Below are positions 1-8,024 of a DNA stretch of 64,000 nt, one piece after another. The first letter of the stretch is position 1; each line of letters begins with the position of its first letter. The translations under genes and the position numbers were made by a program. The notes below the pieces were generated by a model. The model saw only the letters and a program-made list of their open reading frames with translations, made no database searches and had not been told where the DNA came from. The stretch comes from Clostridiales bacterium (lineage in GTDB: Bacteria > Bacillota > Clostridia > Saccharofermentanales > DTU023): positions 6,269-70,268 of the forward strand of contig JAQYCV010000036.1 of the NCBI GenBank assembly GCA_028724525.1, read 5' to 3'.

Positions 1-665
1 ATTTCGGCATTTTTCTCCTGAATTTCACCCAGTATGGCCCACTCTTGGCTGATGTCATAGGCTAACGTTTCTCTGGCTTTTTCATGCTCCAAGACCTGTA
101 TGAGCCATATTTTGTGCGGGGTTTCGACCACTAAGGGCGTGCTTTGTAAGATGCGCGTCTTAGACGTAATCTTATTGTTTCTAATGGCATCCCGACAGGC
201 TAAGTCGTTCACCAGCCATTTGCCAAAGACCTCGTAACTGATTTCCTGCATAACCCGGTTGACCAAGAGGGGTGTCCCATCCAATTTAGAGAAACAGAGG
301 CCGTCTGGGAGATTATCCAAGCTTTCCTTGATCGCATTGTGCCCCATGGTATTGCTACGCTTACGGAGGATCATCCGCCAGAAAATAATTTCGAGCATAA
401 AAACAATGACAAGGAAGCTGGCCAAGGCATACCAGGACAGGTCGGAAAACCAGGTTGCCACTAGGATTTGCCCACTGCCAATTTCCGCTAAGACCTGGGC
501 CGCCAAGAAACAAAAGACAAAAACCGCAAGCCTCGAAGCAATAACCTTGGCACCTGGTTTCAAGTCCACCAGTGCGACAGTAATCTGAATATTGCCCATG
601 AGGAGAATGAGGCTCATGACAAAGAAGGGGACGAGCATCGTATCTGGTAAGAAGGGTAGGGTCAT
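1..665 (-). CDS. membrane sensor protein, N-terminal 221 codons only (gene continues beyond the left window edge); about 3 TM helices followed by a PAS-like segment
   Basis: Missing from the ORF track because it has no stop inside the window. The reverse frame from ATG 665-663 is open down to position 1 (MTLPFLPDTMLVPFFVMSLILLMGN...HNAIKESLDNLPDGLCFSKLDGTPLLVNRVMQEIS...AYDISQEWAILGEIQEKNAE). Its start overlaps the stop of the upstream gene in an ATGA motif (662-665). It replaces track ORFs 259-588(+) and 361-669(-), whose translations look like shadow frames. Confidence 0.6.
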   Translation of the reverse strand, partial: MTLPFLPDTMLVPFFVMSLILLMGNIQITVALVDLKPGAKVIASRLAVFVFCFLAAQVLAEIGSGQILVATWFSDLSWYALASFLVIVFMLEIIFWRMILRKRSNTMGHNAIKESLDNLPDGLCFSKLDGTPLLVNRVMQEISYEVFGKWLVNDLACRDAIRNNKITSKTRILQSTPLVVETPHKIWLIQVLEHEKARETLAYDISQEWAILGEIQEKNAE

Positions 666-2305
666 GCACGGCCCCCTTCTACAGAGATTTGCCAGATCGG
701 CCTACCGGCAATCATGTCCTCTGCCAGGCTAAGTCTATCATCCGCTTCTTCTAACAATTCCTTGACTGACAAGGCTTGGCTTGCCTTTAGCTGTATAGCC
801 ACCTTCAAGGTCTGATTCTCCTGGTGCAAGTTCACAGAGATGGCCTTAAGACCCACAAAATGCCTTTCCAAAATCGTTTGAAAGATTTCATAGATTTGAA
901 GGCAGGCACCTGCGGGCAAAGAAGCGTTACTTTGCCAATCAAGCTGGGTCTCGACCCCACTTAGCCCTAAGTAATCTAAAGATTCCGCAAAGGCCAGGCT
1001 CAATTCCGCCAAGGGCAGGTCTGCTTGGTTTTTGGACAGTAAAAATAAATTAGCATAACGCTTAATATATACATTATAAATAGAGGCATGCTTGAGGGCT
1101 TTTTCAAAAGCCTCTTGATCGCTTGGTAGTTGGTTGATGATGCTTTCCAAACAATGAAACTGTTTGCTTAATTTGTTATCAATATAAGAACGAATTTCCT
1201 CCTGCTCCCCTAATTTAGCCATTTTCTCTGCCAGTTTATTATGGGCCAAAAGAAGGTCATGCTCGCTCAACATATCTTCATTAAGGGCATAGAGCTCGGC
1301 CTTGAGTTGATTCAGCTCCTTGAGGTCTACAAACCAAAAAGAATAGCCGCCTTGGATTTCTGCACTCTCTAATTGGGTGTTTTCATCTAGGAAGACAGGC
1401 TGAGTCAAGGCCTCGCGAATGAGCCTGTTACTCACAGATGCCCCTTCTTTGGGCTCAACGATAATCCGGCCTGCATAGTCCATAATGCCAATATTCATGG
1501 TGGACATCTTCAGAAAACGCTCATAGCCTCGGTTAGAGGGGATAAGCCTGGTGAAGACCAAAGTTTCAGTAAACATGATGGCGGCCAAAATATTGAACTC
1601 AGTACTGGTAAACATGAGCTTGATCTCTTGGAAGGGTTGCCAGTCAAAGATATAAAGGAAGGTATAGAGCGCCCAGACCAAAAGGATCAAGACCGGAAGG
1701 AAAATGGGCTTAAACTGCTTGCTGGCAAAGGAGGGTATGAGGGTCAGGATGAGGAGAGCGATCGCCAGTATACTGATATAGATCAGGACGGCGTAAAAAA
1801 CAGGACCGTACTGGTGGACCCCTTGTTCTGATACATCAAAAGCCAACTTGTGGAAATCGTTGCTGACGATGAGGGCGACTAGGATTTCTGTCGGAATCCA
1901 GAGGAGATTCCATAGCTTATTCATGGACTCCCGTTCTGACTTCGCAATCATTAAAGCGGTAAAAAATATTAGCTGGACAATATTGAGGCTACAGACATAG
2001 TAGCCGTAGCGAATGTGTTGAATTGCGAGCGGGTTATCCAGGAGGATTTCATATTTTAAGGTCCGGAGGGCGAGATAGCTGACCAAGAGATAGCTGATGA
2101 GGCGAAAATGTGCAATGGTGGCCGCCCGGAGCATCCTATTTTTCATGTTCCGCCTCCAGAGACAAATGACCAGGGTATAGAGGCAGAAAATAATAATATG
2201 GACAGGGAAGAGAATGACCTTCTTGGCCGATAAGAGGTGGAGGGTCGCAGCCGCAAAGACGCACAGGGTAGAGATCGTATAGCTAATTATTTCTTTGCGA
2301 TACAT
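662..2305 (-). CDS. polytopic membrane protein with a sensor-kinase-like cytoplasmic half (no recognisable H/N/G boxes)
   Basis: 547-aa ORF. The N-terminal ~260 aa form about 7 hydrophobic helices, resembling 7TM sensor-kinase input domains. The C-terminal half has a heptad-rich helix (LKELNQLKAELYALNEDML...EQEEIRSYIDNKLSKQFHCL) placed like a HisKA helix. I could not find a conserved phospho-acceptor His context or ATP-lid glycine motifs. Confidence 0.5.
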   Translation of the reverse strand: MYRKEIISYTISTLCVFAAATLHLLSAKKVILFPVHIIIFCLYTLVICLWRRNMKNRMLRAATIAHFRLISYLLVSYLALRTLKYEILLDNPLAIQHIRYGYYVCSLNIVQLIFFTALMIAKSERESMNKLWNLLWIPTEILVALIVSNDFHKLAFDVSEQGVHQYGPVFYAVLIYISILAIALLILTLIPSFASKQFKPIFLPVLILLVWALYTFLYIFDWQPFQEIKLMFTSTEFNILAAIMFTETLVFTRLIPSNRGYERFLKMSTMNIGIMDYAGRIIVEPKEGASVSNRLIREALTQPVFLDENTQLESAEIQGGYSFWFVDLKELNQLKAELYALNEDMLSEHDLLLAHNKLAEKMAKLGEQEEIRSYIDNKLSKQFHCLESIINQLPSDQEAFEKALKHASIYNVYIKRYANLFLLSKNQADLPLAELSLAFAESLDYLGLSGVETQLDWQSNASLPAGACLQIYEIFQTILERHFVGLKAISVNLHQENQTLKVAIQLKASQALSVKELLEEADDRLSLAEDMIAGRPIWQISVEGGRA

Positions 2306-2436
2306 AATCCCTTCCTCCCCTGTGCGCTAATGTGCACTAATAGTTATTAATATAGCAAGAAATCTTTCTTGCTACTATCCTATTTTGTCTTCTAGGCAAG
2401 CTTTTTGCGACTGCTCACTTGCCAGACAGCAAGCCC

Positions 2437-2467
2437 TTGACCTTGTAGTTAACTGCAATGTTATAAA
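2437..2467 (+). promoter_or_regulatory. MerR-type promoter: TTGACC - 19 bp spacer - TATAAA, with a palindromic operator in the spacer
   Basis: -35 TTGACC at 2437-2442 and -10 TATAAA at 2462-2467. The 19-nt spacer contains TTGTAGTTAACTGCAA (2443-2458), a 16-bp palindrome with 14/16 positions symmetric, centred on GTTAAC. An over-long 19-bp spacer with a dyad is the classic MerR-family architecture. Confidence 0.55.
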
Positions 2468-2491
2468 ATGCTCAGAAAGGAGAGGCAAGAT

Positions 2492-3322
2492 ATGACGATT
2501 AAAGAATTTGCTGACTTGTGTGACTGTAATCCTCAAACCCTACGTTATTATGACCAGGTGGGTCTGCTGAAACCGGTTAAGGTAGATGCTTGGACGAAAT
2601 ACCGTTACTATGCTGAGGATCAGGCTCTGCAATTCGTAAAAATTAAAAACTTGCAGCTGGCGGGCTTTTCAATCCAGGAGATCAAAGGCTTTTTGCAAGC
2701 GGATGACCACACCATCTGCTTGGCCTTGGCTGACAAAATAAAAGAGCAGGAGCTCAGACTGGAGCAGACCCGAACGATCCAGCAGTCATATCTCAACGAC
2801 ATCCAAACTATGAAAGATAAGGTAAAAGCTTTTCGTAACGAGGTCTTAGCCCTCATGGAGGCCTATGATCCAACAGAGGAATTTGGCATCAACGCTCAAG
2901 AGTACCGCACGATTATCGAGGGGGTAAGCCAGAATATAGAGGAGTGTGACCTGACCAGGGAGAACTTCTTTTATGATCTGCCAGGGGAGGAGGGGAAGGC
3001 CCAGGAGGAAGAACTCTTCCTGAAAGTCTTGGATAATCCGGACTATAAGCTGGTCAAAGACCAGCATGGCTGGATCCATGCTAAGGAAGTTTTAGACCCT
3101 TTGCACCTGCCTGACGATGGCAAAACTTATATGTTGGTCTTTGCAATTGGGCCGGATAAAGATAATCAGACCGCCTTCGCGAATACGGTTTTAACTTTAG
3201 TGATGCAGAGAAATCAGAAAACTCGCCCCCAAAGTGTCAAGGCTGGTGCTAGCCTGAACTGCAATGTGACGACTTCGGAGGATGGCCAAAACCACTTCTG
3301 GCTTTTACAAGCTGGCCAATAA
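2492..3322 (+). CDS. MerR family transcriptional regulator with a ~200-aa C-terminal domain of unknown function
   Basis: N-terminal HTH MTIKEFADLCDCNPQTLRYYDQVGLLKPVKVD...YRYY is the MerR signature. I prefer ATG 2492 (RBS AAAGGAGAGG 2476-2485) over the track start 2468, which sits directly against the -10 box. Confidence 0.85.
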   Translation: MTIKEFADLCDCNPQTLRYYDQVGLLKPVKVDAWTKYRYYAEDQALQFVKIKNLQLAGFSIQEIKGFLQADDHTICLALADKIKEQELRLEQTRTIQQSYLNDIQTMKDKVKAFRNEVLALMEAYDPTEEFGINAQEYRTIIEGVSQNIEECDLTRENFFYDLPGEEGKAQEEELFLKVLDNPDYKLVKDQHGWIHAKEVLDPLHLPDDGKTYMLVFAIGPDKDNQTAFANTVLTLVMQRNQKTRPQSVKAGASLNCNVTTSEDGQNHFWLLQAGQ

Positions 3323-3364
3323 ACAAGCACTTTGCCTGAAAACCCGACCATAGCTTGGTCATCC

Positions 3365-3398
3365 AGCCCCTGGCGCTTTTTGCCTCCAGGGGCTTTTA
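3365..3398 (+). terminator. rho-independent terminator after the MerR gene
   Basis: Stem AGCCCCTGG (3365-3373) pairs with CCAGGGGCT (3386-3394), with a 12-nt loop and a following T-run. Confidence 0.6.
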
Positions 3399-3459
3399 AT
3401 TTGACAAATGTGCTAATATACGTAGGTATCTTTATTGAACAGCGTATGAGGAGGTTTTT

Positions 3460-4821
3460 ATGCTGGAAAAATACTTCAAGCTTCAGGACCATAAGGTTAC
3501 AGCAAAGGGTGAAATTGCCGCTGGTATTACCACTTTTGTAACCATGGCCTATATTCTAGCGGTTAACCCACAGATTTTGGGCGCTACGGGCATGCCCGCA
3601 GGTGGTGTTTTAATCGCTACGGCTCTCTCGTCCTTTATTGCCTGCATGTGCATGGCTTTCATGGCAAACTTACCCTTTGCCTTGGCGCCCGGCATGGGGC
3701 TCAATGCCTACTTCGCCTTTGGTGTCGTCCTGGGCATGGGCTATAGCTGGCATATTGCTCTGTTTGCCGTCTTTATCGAGGGTATTATCTTTATTCTTCT
3801 GAGCTTTGTAGATGCTCGAGAAGCTATTTTCAATGCCATCCCCATGTCTTTGAAGCACGCGATCTCTGCTGGCATCGGCCTCTTCATTGCCTTTATTGGC
3901 CTGCAGAGTGCTAAGCTGGTCGTCAGCAATGATGCCACCCTGGTGGGTCTGCAAAAGTTTAACGCCAATTTCTCTACCGAAGGAATTGGTGCCCTGCTCT
4001 GCTTGATTGGTGTCGTCATCATTGGCGTGCTCAGTTATCACAAGGTGAAGGGTGCCATCCTGATTGGTATTTTTGCTACCTGGGCTCTGGGCATGATCAG
4101 CCAGGCTGTCGGTCTTTATGTGCCGAATCCTGAAGTGAGTGCCTTTTCTCTCTATCCCTCCTGGTCCGCCCCTGACTTTTCTGGCTTCGGTGAGATTTTT
4201 GGCCAATGCTTCAAACTGGACTTTAGCCAGGTTAAGTTCTTGGATATGTTCTCCATTGTTTTTGCCTTCCTCTTCGTTGATATTTTCGACACCATTGGCA
4301 CCCTGATTGGCTGCGCTACGCGCGGCAATATGCTGGATGCAGAAGGCAAACTGCCCAAGGCTAAACAAGCCCTTCTGGCCGATGCGATCGGTACGACCGT
4401 TGGTGCCGTGATGGGTACTTCTACAGTTACCACATATGTGGAAAGCTCTGCGGGTGTAGCAGAAGGTGGCCGTACGGGTTTAACCGCCTTTACAACAGGT
4501 ATCCTCTTCCTCTTGGCTATTATCCTCTCGCCTATCTTTATCGCCATTCCGGGCTTTGCGACAGCCGCCGCCCTAATTTATGTAGGCTTTGCTATGTTCA
4601 CCTCCATCCTGCGAGTGAATTTTGATGACCTGACAGAAGCGATCCCTGCATATATTGCGCTCATCGCCATGCCTCTTTTCTATTCCATCGCGGAAGGTAT
4701 TTCTCTAGGCGTCATCTTCTATGTCTTCATGAAAGTTTTCTCCGGCAAACGCAAGGATGTTTCTCCTTTGATGTTCATCCTCTGCCTGATCTTTGTCGCC
4801 CGCTATATCTTTATGAAATAA
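3460..4821 (+). CDS. NCS2-family purine (adenine/guanine/hypoxanthine) permease, AzgA/PbuG-like
   Basis: 453 aa with a multi-TM profile. The N-terminus MLEKYFKLQDHKVTAKGEIAAGITTFVTMAYILAVNPQIL and the later ...GTSTVTTYVESSAGVAEGGRTGLTA are typical of this permease family. RBS GAGGAGG lies upstream. Confidence 0.85.
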   Translation: MLEKYFKLQDHKVTAKGEIAAGITTFVTMAYILAVNPQILGATGMPAGGVLIATALSSFIACMCMAFMANLPFALAPGMGLNAYFAFGVVLGMGYSWHIALFAVFIEGIIFILLSFVDAREAIFNAIPMSLKHAISAGIGLFIAFIGLQSAKLVVSNDATLVGLQKFNANFSTEGIGALLCLIGVVIIGVLSYHKVKGAILIGIFATWALGMISQAVGLYVPNPEVSAFSLYPSWSAPDFSGFGEIFGQCFKLDFSQVKFLDMFSIVFAFLFVDIFDTIGTLIGCATRGNMLDAEGKLPKAKQALLADAIGTTVGAVMGTSTVTTYVESSAGVAEGGRTGLTAFTTGILFLLAIILSPIFIAIPGFATAAALIYVGFAMFTSILRVNFDDLTEAIPAYIALIAMPLFYSIAEGISLGVIFYVFMKVFSGKRKDVSPLMFILCLIFVARYIFMK

Positions 4822-4833
4822 GTTCTGAAACAA

Positions 4834-4863
4834 GTATTGCCTCCCCAGCTGGGGAGGCAATAC
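4834..4863. terminator. perfect 13-bp-stem hairpin between convergent genes (candidate bidirectional terminator)
   Basis: GTATTGCCTCCCC-AGCT-GGGGAGGCAATAC. The T-rich tail is clearer on the minus strand. Confidence 0.5.
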
Positions 4864-4902
4864 ACAAGATATCTTCTTGTCGAAAGGGCCTTTTAGCTTC
4901 TG

Positions 4903-5787
4903 CTAAAAGGCTCTTTCGTTCTTTTTAATCCGGTTGGGATCATTTTTGCGGCGGACAAAAAGTTGCTTGCCGTGGCCCTTGGTCACTTCCTTGTTGTCCA
5001 TCTCATAACGGCCTATGGATAGGAGCAAGCTGGACAGCTTAGCAAAGCCATAGTTACGGGCATCAAAAGAAGGCTGCTTTTTGGTCAAAAGCTGACCTAA
5101 TTCGCCTAGATAGGCCCAGCCGTCTTCATCTTCTAAGTCCTGGATACTCTGGTCAATGAGGTGGATGAGCTTATCATCCACATGCTCCAGGGCTTTTTTC
5201 TGAGATTTCCGCTTATTACTAGCGGATTTATTGCTGTCTTTGCTGGCGCTAGTCTTGCTACGAGAACTCGAAGTGGACCTACTAGATTTAGTGCTTTTAT
5301 CAGGCTCGGCCTTGTCACCTGCTTCGTCATCGTCAAATTCATCTTGCAAGATCTCTAGATAGATAAAGCGGTCACAGGCGGCGATAAAGGCATTGGGGGT
5401 TTTCTGTTCGCCAATGCCGTAGACTGTTTTACCCGCTTCACGCAAGCGGGTAGCCAGGCGGGTAAAGTCACTATCACTGGAGACGAGACAAAAAGCTTCC
5501 GCCCGTCCGGAGAACAAAATATCCATCGCATCAATAATGAGGGCTGAGTCAGTAGAGTTTTTGCCTGTTGTGTAGGCAAATTGCTGCACGGGATTCAAGG
5601 CATAGTCCAGCAGGTGGTTTTTCCAACCAGCAAGATTAGGCTTGGTCCAGTCACCATAAATGCGCTTAATGGTGGGGTTGCCGTAGCGGGCAATCTCTTG
5701 CATCATAGGCTGTACATAATGGTGAGAAATATTATCGGCATCAATGAGGACCGCTATACGGATTTCTTGATTGGTATTTTCTTCCAT
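4903..5787 (-). CDS. NYN (LabA-like) domain protein with a C-terminal OST-HTH/LOTUS domain
   Basis: IRIAVLIDADNISHHY...IKRIYGDWTKP...GKNSTDSALIIDAMD...FCLVSSDSDFTRLATRLREAGKTVYGIG matches the NYN/LabA pattern. A Ser/Lys-rich linker follows, then a LOTUS-like end (GWAYLGELGQLLTKKQPSFDARNYGFAKLSSLL). Confidence 0.8.
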   Translation of the reverse strand: MEENTNQEIRIAVLIDADNISHHYVQPMMQEIARYGNPTIKRIYGDWTKPNLAGWKNHLLDYALNPVQQFAYTTGKNSTDSALIIDAMDILFSGRAEAFCLVSSDSDFTRLATRLREAGKTVYGIGEQKTPNAFIAACDRFIYLEILQDEFDDDEAGDKAEPDKSTKSSRSTSSSRSKTSASKDSNKSASNKRKSQKKALEHVDDKLIHLIDQSIQDLEDEDGWAYLGELGQLLTKKQPSFDARNYGFAKLSSLLLSIGRYEMDNKEVTKGHGKQLFVRRKNDPNRIKKNERAF

Positions 5788-5914
5788 GGAGACTCCTTTC
5801 TATGATTTTCTATTTGCCTGGCCGCCCTTGCGCCTATCCGCTCTTCAGTCTTTTAGCAAAGAGATTCGGCTGAGGCGGGAAGTGGCTCTGAAAAGCCCTT
5901 AGCTACCATGCAAA

Positions 5915-6212
5915 CTCTTTAATTATAGTATGAAATTCTTCTCCTGTCAGAAATAAGGCCAGCCGACTGCTCTTTGAACCTAATAGGTGCTGTCAACCAA
6001 AGTGCAACTTGCAAGCTGTGGCGATCTGAGGGCATGGTACTTTGGTTTTTCGGATTCTCGGGCATTTTTGCAGCTAATGGGAGGGGGCGCCGGGCAAATT
6101 TGCAAGAAGTGGATGCTAATGAGGGCAAATCTGCAAATAATGGGTGGTTTAGGCGCCGAGAACCATCCATTACTTGCAGATTTGTCTGAAATCTAGGAAA
6201 TCCGAAATACTA
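5915..6212. repeat. repeat copy A of an inverted pair (partner at 13885-14130), containing an 18-bp-arm palindrome and phased TTGCA-core sites
   Basis: By hand alignment this region matches the reverse complement of 13885-14130. Examples are GGGCAAATCTGCAAATAATGGGTG...CCATTACTTGCAGATTTGTC.GAAATC and TTTTGCAGCTAATGGG. Boundaries are approximate. Confidence 0.65.
5922..5950 (-). promoter_or_regulatory. sigma-A-type promoter facing the NYN gene, located at the outer edge of repeat copy A
   Basis: On the minus strand: CTGACA (5950-5945), a 17-nt spacer, then TATAAT (5927-5922). This would give a leader of about 130 nt before ATG 5787. Confidence 0.5.
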
Positions 6213-6471
6213 CTGCGTCTAAAAGGTTGGCAAATCCCTGATTTAGCGGACTTGCCAACCAAAAGCAGCAAGTTGTGAGAAAAATGAAAAGTCTGGGTGA
6301 GCTGAGTATAGTTAAACTCATGTTAACAAGTGGTAAAAAGCCCACATCCTAGCTTACCTAACTTGCGAAAATCGCTTTGCCAAGTAGAATAAGAGGGGCT
6401 AGGTCTTTCCTGGCTGTCCTGCCAGAAAAGCTCCTTTTATCCGCCTATGTTTATTCCCAAGGGAGGTCGGT

Positions 6472-8010
6472 ATGCGTTATCTGGCAGTGATCAATTTAGG
6501 CTCTCATGAGGTATCGCTCAGCATATGCCAGCTGCGCAATCGGGAGTGCCCCCAACTTCTGGAGAAGGTCAGCAGGGCCTTGGCTTTTGGTGCGGACACC
6601 TATTCTGAGGGTGCAATTTCAGAAGAGAAAATTGTGGAGCTCATGGATGTCCTGGCAGACTTCCAGCTAAAACTCAAGGAATATCCCCATATCGAGCTGG
6701 TGGCTGTGGCCGAATCAGCTATCAGGGAGGCTGGTAACCGGCTCTTTATCCTTGACCTCATTCAGCGGCAGACGGGTCTTCAGGTCGATGTCCTCTCCAA
6801 TAATGACCAGGTCTATTATCAACTTCTGGCCCTGTCTCATAAGCTCCAGGATTTTGACCAGCTGATCGCGGAAACGACACTGGCTGTGGAGCTAGGCGCA
6901 GGCTCTATCCAATTTACCCTCTATGACCAGGGCCGGCTCCTCAGTACGCAAAATATGAAGCTCGGCTCTTTGCGGATCGCCTCTGTTCTGGAAGAGTTGC
7001 GAGAACACGCAAGTAACTTTGAGGACTATGTCCTAGAATATATTTCCGGTGACCTGGCCTACTATAAGTCTCATGAAAATCGGGTAGACCAGGTCAAAAA
7101 CCTGATCATTAATGGTGGCAATCTTTTCTATATCCGCCAGCTCGCGGGTTTGAGCGCTGGTAGCAAGATGGTTTTAAGCCAGGAGAATTTACAAAGTGCC
7201 CTAAAAACTCTCACTCGCAAAACAGGCCAAGCCTTGATCCGGGAAGACCACATTCCCTCTGAGCATGTGAAGCTCCTCTTGCCTACAGCCCTCATTGTCG
7301 GCGAGGTTTTCCGCTTTACCGGCCTCGACCGGGCCTATTTGCCCGATACCACTATGGAAGAAGGGATTATTCTTGCCTACGCCATGCGGGAAGCCCGTTA
7401 CCAGGTTCCGCATGACTTTGTCGCCGACCGCCTCAACCTGGTCAGAAGCATTTCTCAGCACTACAAGACAGACCAAGCCCACTGTGGGCAAGTTGAAAAA
7501 CTAGCCCTGCAGATCTTTGATGAGACCAAAAAGCTCCACGGCCTGGAAGCTCCTGACCGCGAAATGCTGCAACTAGCTGCTATTCTCCACAATGTCGGCA
7601 AATATATCAGCATTAGCAAGGATGACCGCAGGTCCTATGATATTGTCCGATCCTCAGAGATCCCTGGCATGTCTAATGTGGATATGGAATTTCTTGCCCG
7701 CTTAATTTATATCCATGACTTGCGTGACCTCCAGGATATGGACAAGGGCTTTGCTCACGATCGGACTAGGTCCCTCCGCCTCTTTAAACTCGCGGCCATT
7801 TTGATCTTGGCCAATGCCATGGATATCAGCCACAGGCAAAAAATTGCGCAAGTTAAGGTCCACATTAAGAAGGGAAGACCCCGTTTTAGCCTTTATTCTT
7901 CTGCGGACATCACCCTGGAACTTTGGAATCTGGAACAGGCTAAGGCCTTCTTTGATCAGGTCTTTTTAACCAATAGTGAGTTTGTGGCCCGCATACTGCC
8001 CCAAAGCTAA
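6472..8010 (+). CDS. ppx: Ppx/GppA-family exopolyphosphatase with a C-terminal HD domain
   Basis: 512 aa with an actin-like ATPase fold start (LAVINLGSHEVSLSI) and an HD region (LQLAAILHNVGKYIS). RBS GGGAGG lies upstream, and the gene sits directly upstream of ppk. Confidence 0.85.
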   Translation: MRYLAVINLGSHEVSLSICQLRNRECPQLLEKVSRALAFGADTYSEGAISEEKIVELMDVLADFQLKLKEYPHIELVAVAESAIREAGNRLFILDLIQRQTGLQVDVLSNNDQVYYQLLALSHKLQDFDQLIAETTLAVELGAGSIQFTLYDQGRLLSTQNMKLGSLRIASVLEELREHASNFEDYVLEYISGDLAYYKSHENRVDQVKNLIINGGNLFYIRQLAGLSAGSKMVLSQENLQSALKTLTRKTGQALIREDHIPSEHVKLLLPTALIVGEVFRFTGLDRAYLPDTTMEEGIILAYAMREARYQVPHDFVADRLNLVRSISQHYKTDQAHCGQVEKLALQIFDETKKLHGLEAPDREMLQLAAILHNVGKYISISKDDRRSYDIVRSSEIPGMSNVDMEFLARLIYIHDLRDLQDMDKGFAHDRTRSLRLFKLAAILILANAMDISHRQKIAQVKVHIKKGRPRFSLYSSADITLELWNLEQAKAFFDQVFLTNSEFVARILPQS

Positions 8011-8024
8011 GGAGAAAACACTTC

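Noticed and set aside
259-669. Track ORFs 259-588(+) and 361-669(-) at the left edge.
   Set aside because: A third frame on the minus strand is open from 665 to the window edge. It encodes a plausible TM plus PAS-like protein that is translationally coupled to the upstream gene, so the listed ORFs are shadows of it.
2443-2458. Possible link between the MerR operator half-site (AACTGCAA) and the TTGCAA/CTGCAA cores of the 5915-6212 and 13885-14130 repeats.
   Set aside because: The shared string is only 5-6 nt and the flanking positions differ, so there is insufficient evidence that the same protein binds both.
3399-3459. Purine riboswitch upstream of the NCS2 purine permease.
   Set aside because: Only about 60 nt separate the upstream terminator from the start codon. 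I could not find the conserved purine-aptamer junction and loop motifs or a three-way-junction fold.
3670-4368. Long antisense ORFs inside well-supported genes: 3670-4368(-), 19248-19778(-), 40121-40567(-), 47742-48257(-), 48682-49110(-), 51805-52317(-), 59704-60144(-) and many shorter ones.
   Set aside because: Each lies fully inside a gene with strong family motifs on the other strand. Their translations are low-complexity, Arg/Pro/Gly-rich or lack any motif. This is typical shadow-frame behaviour in moderately GC-rich coding DNA.
5919-6196. Small ORFs inside the repeat copies: 5919-6170(-), 5974-6189(+), 5987-6196(+) and 13663-13911(-).
   Set aside because: None has an RBS. The indels between copy A and copy B do not preserve any of these frames, and the peptides lack recognisable features.
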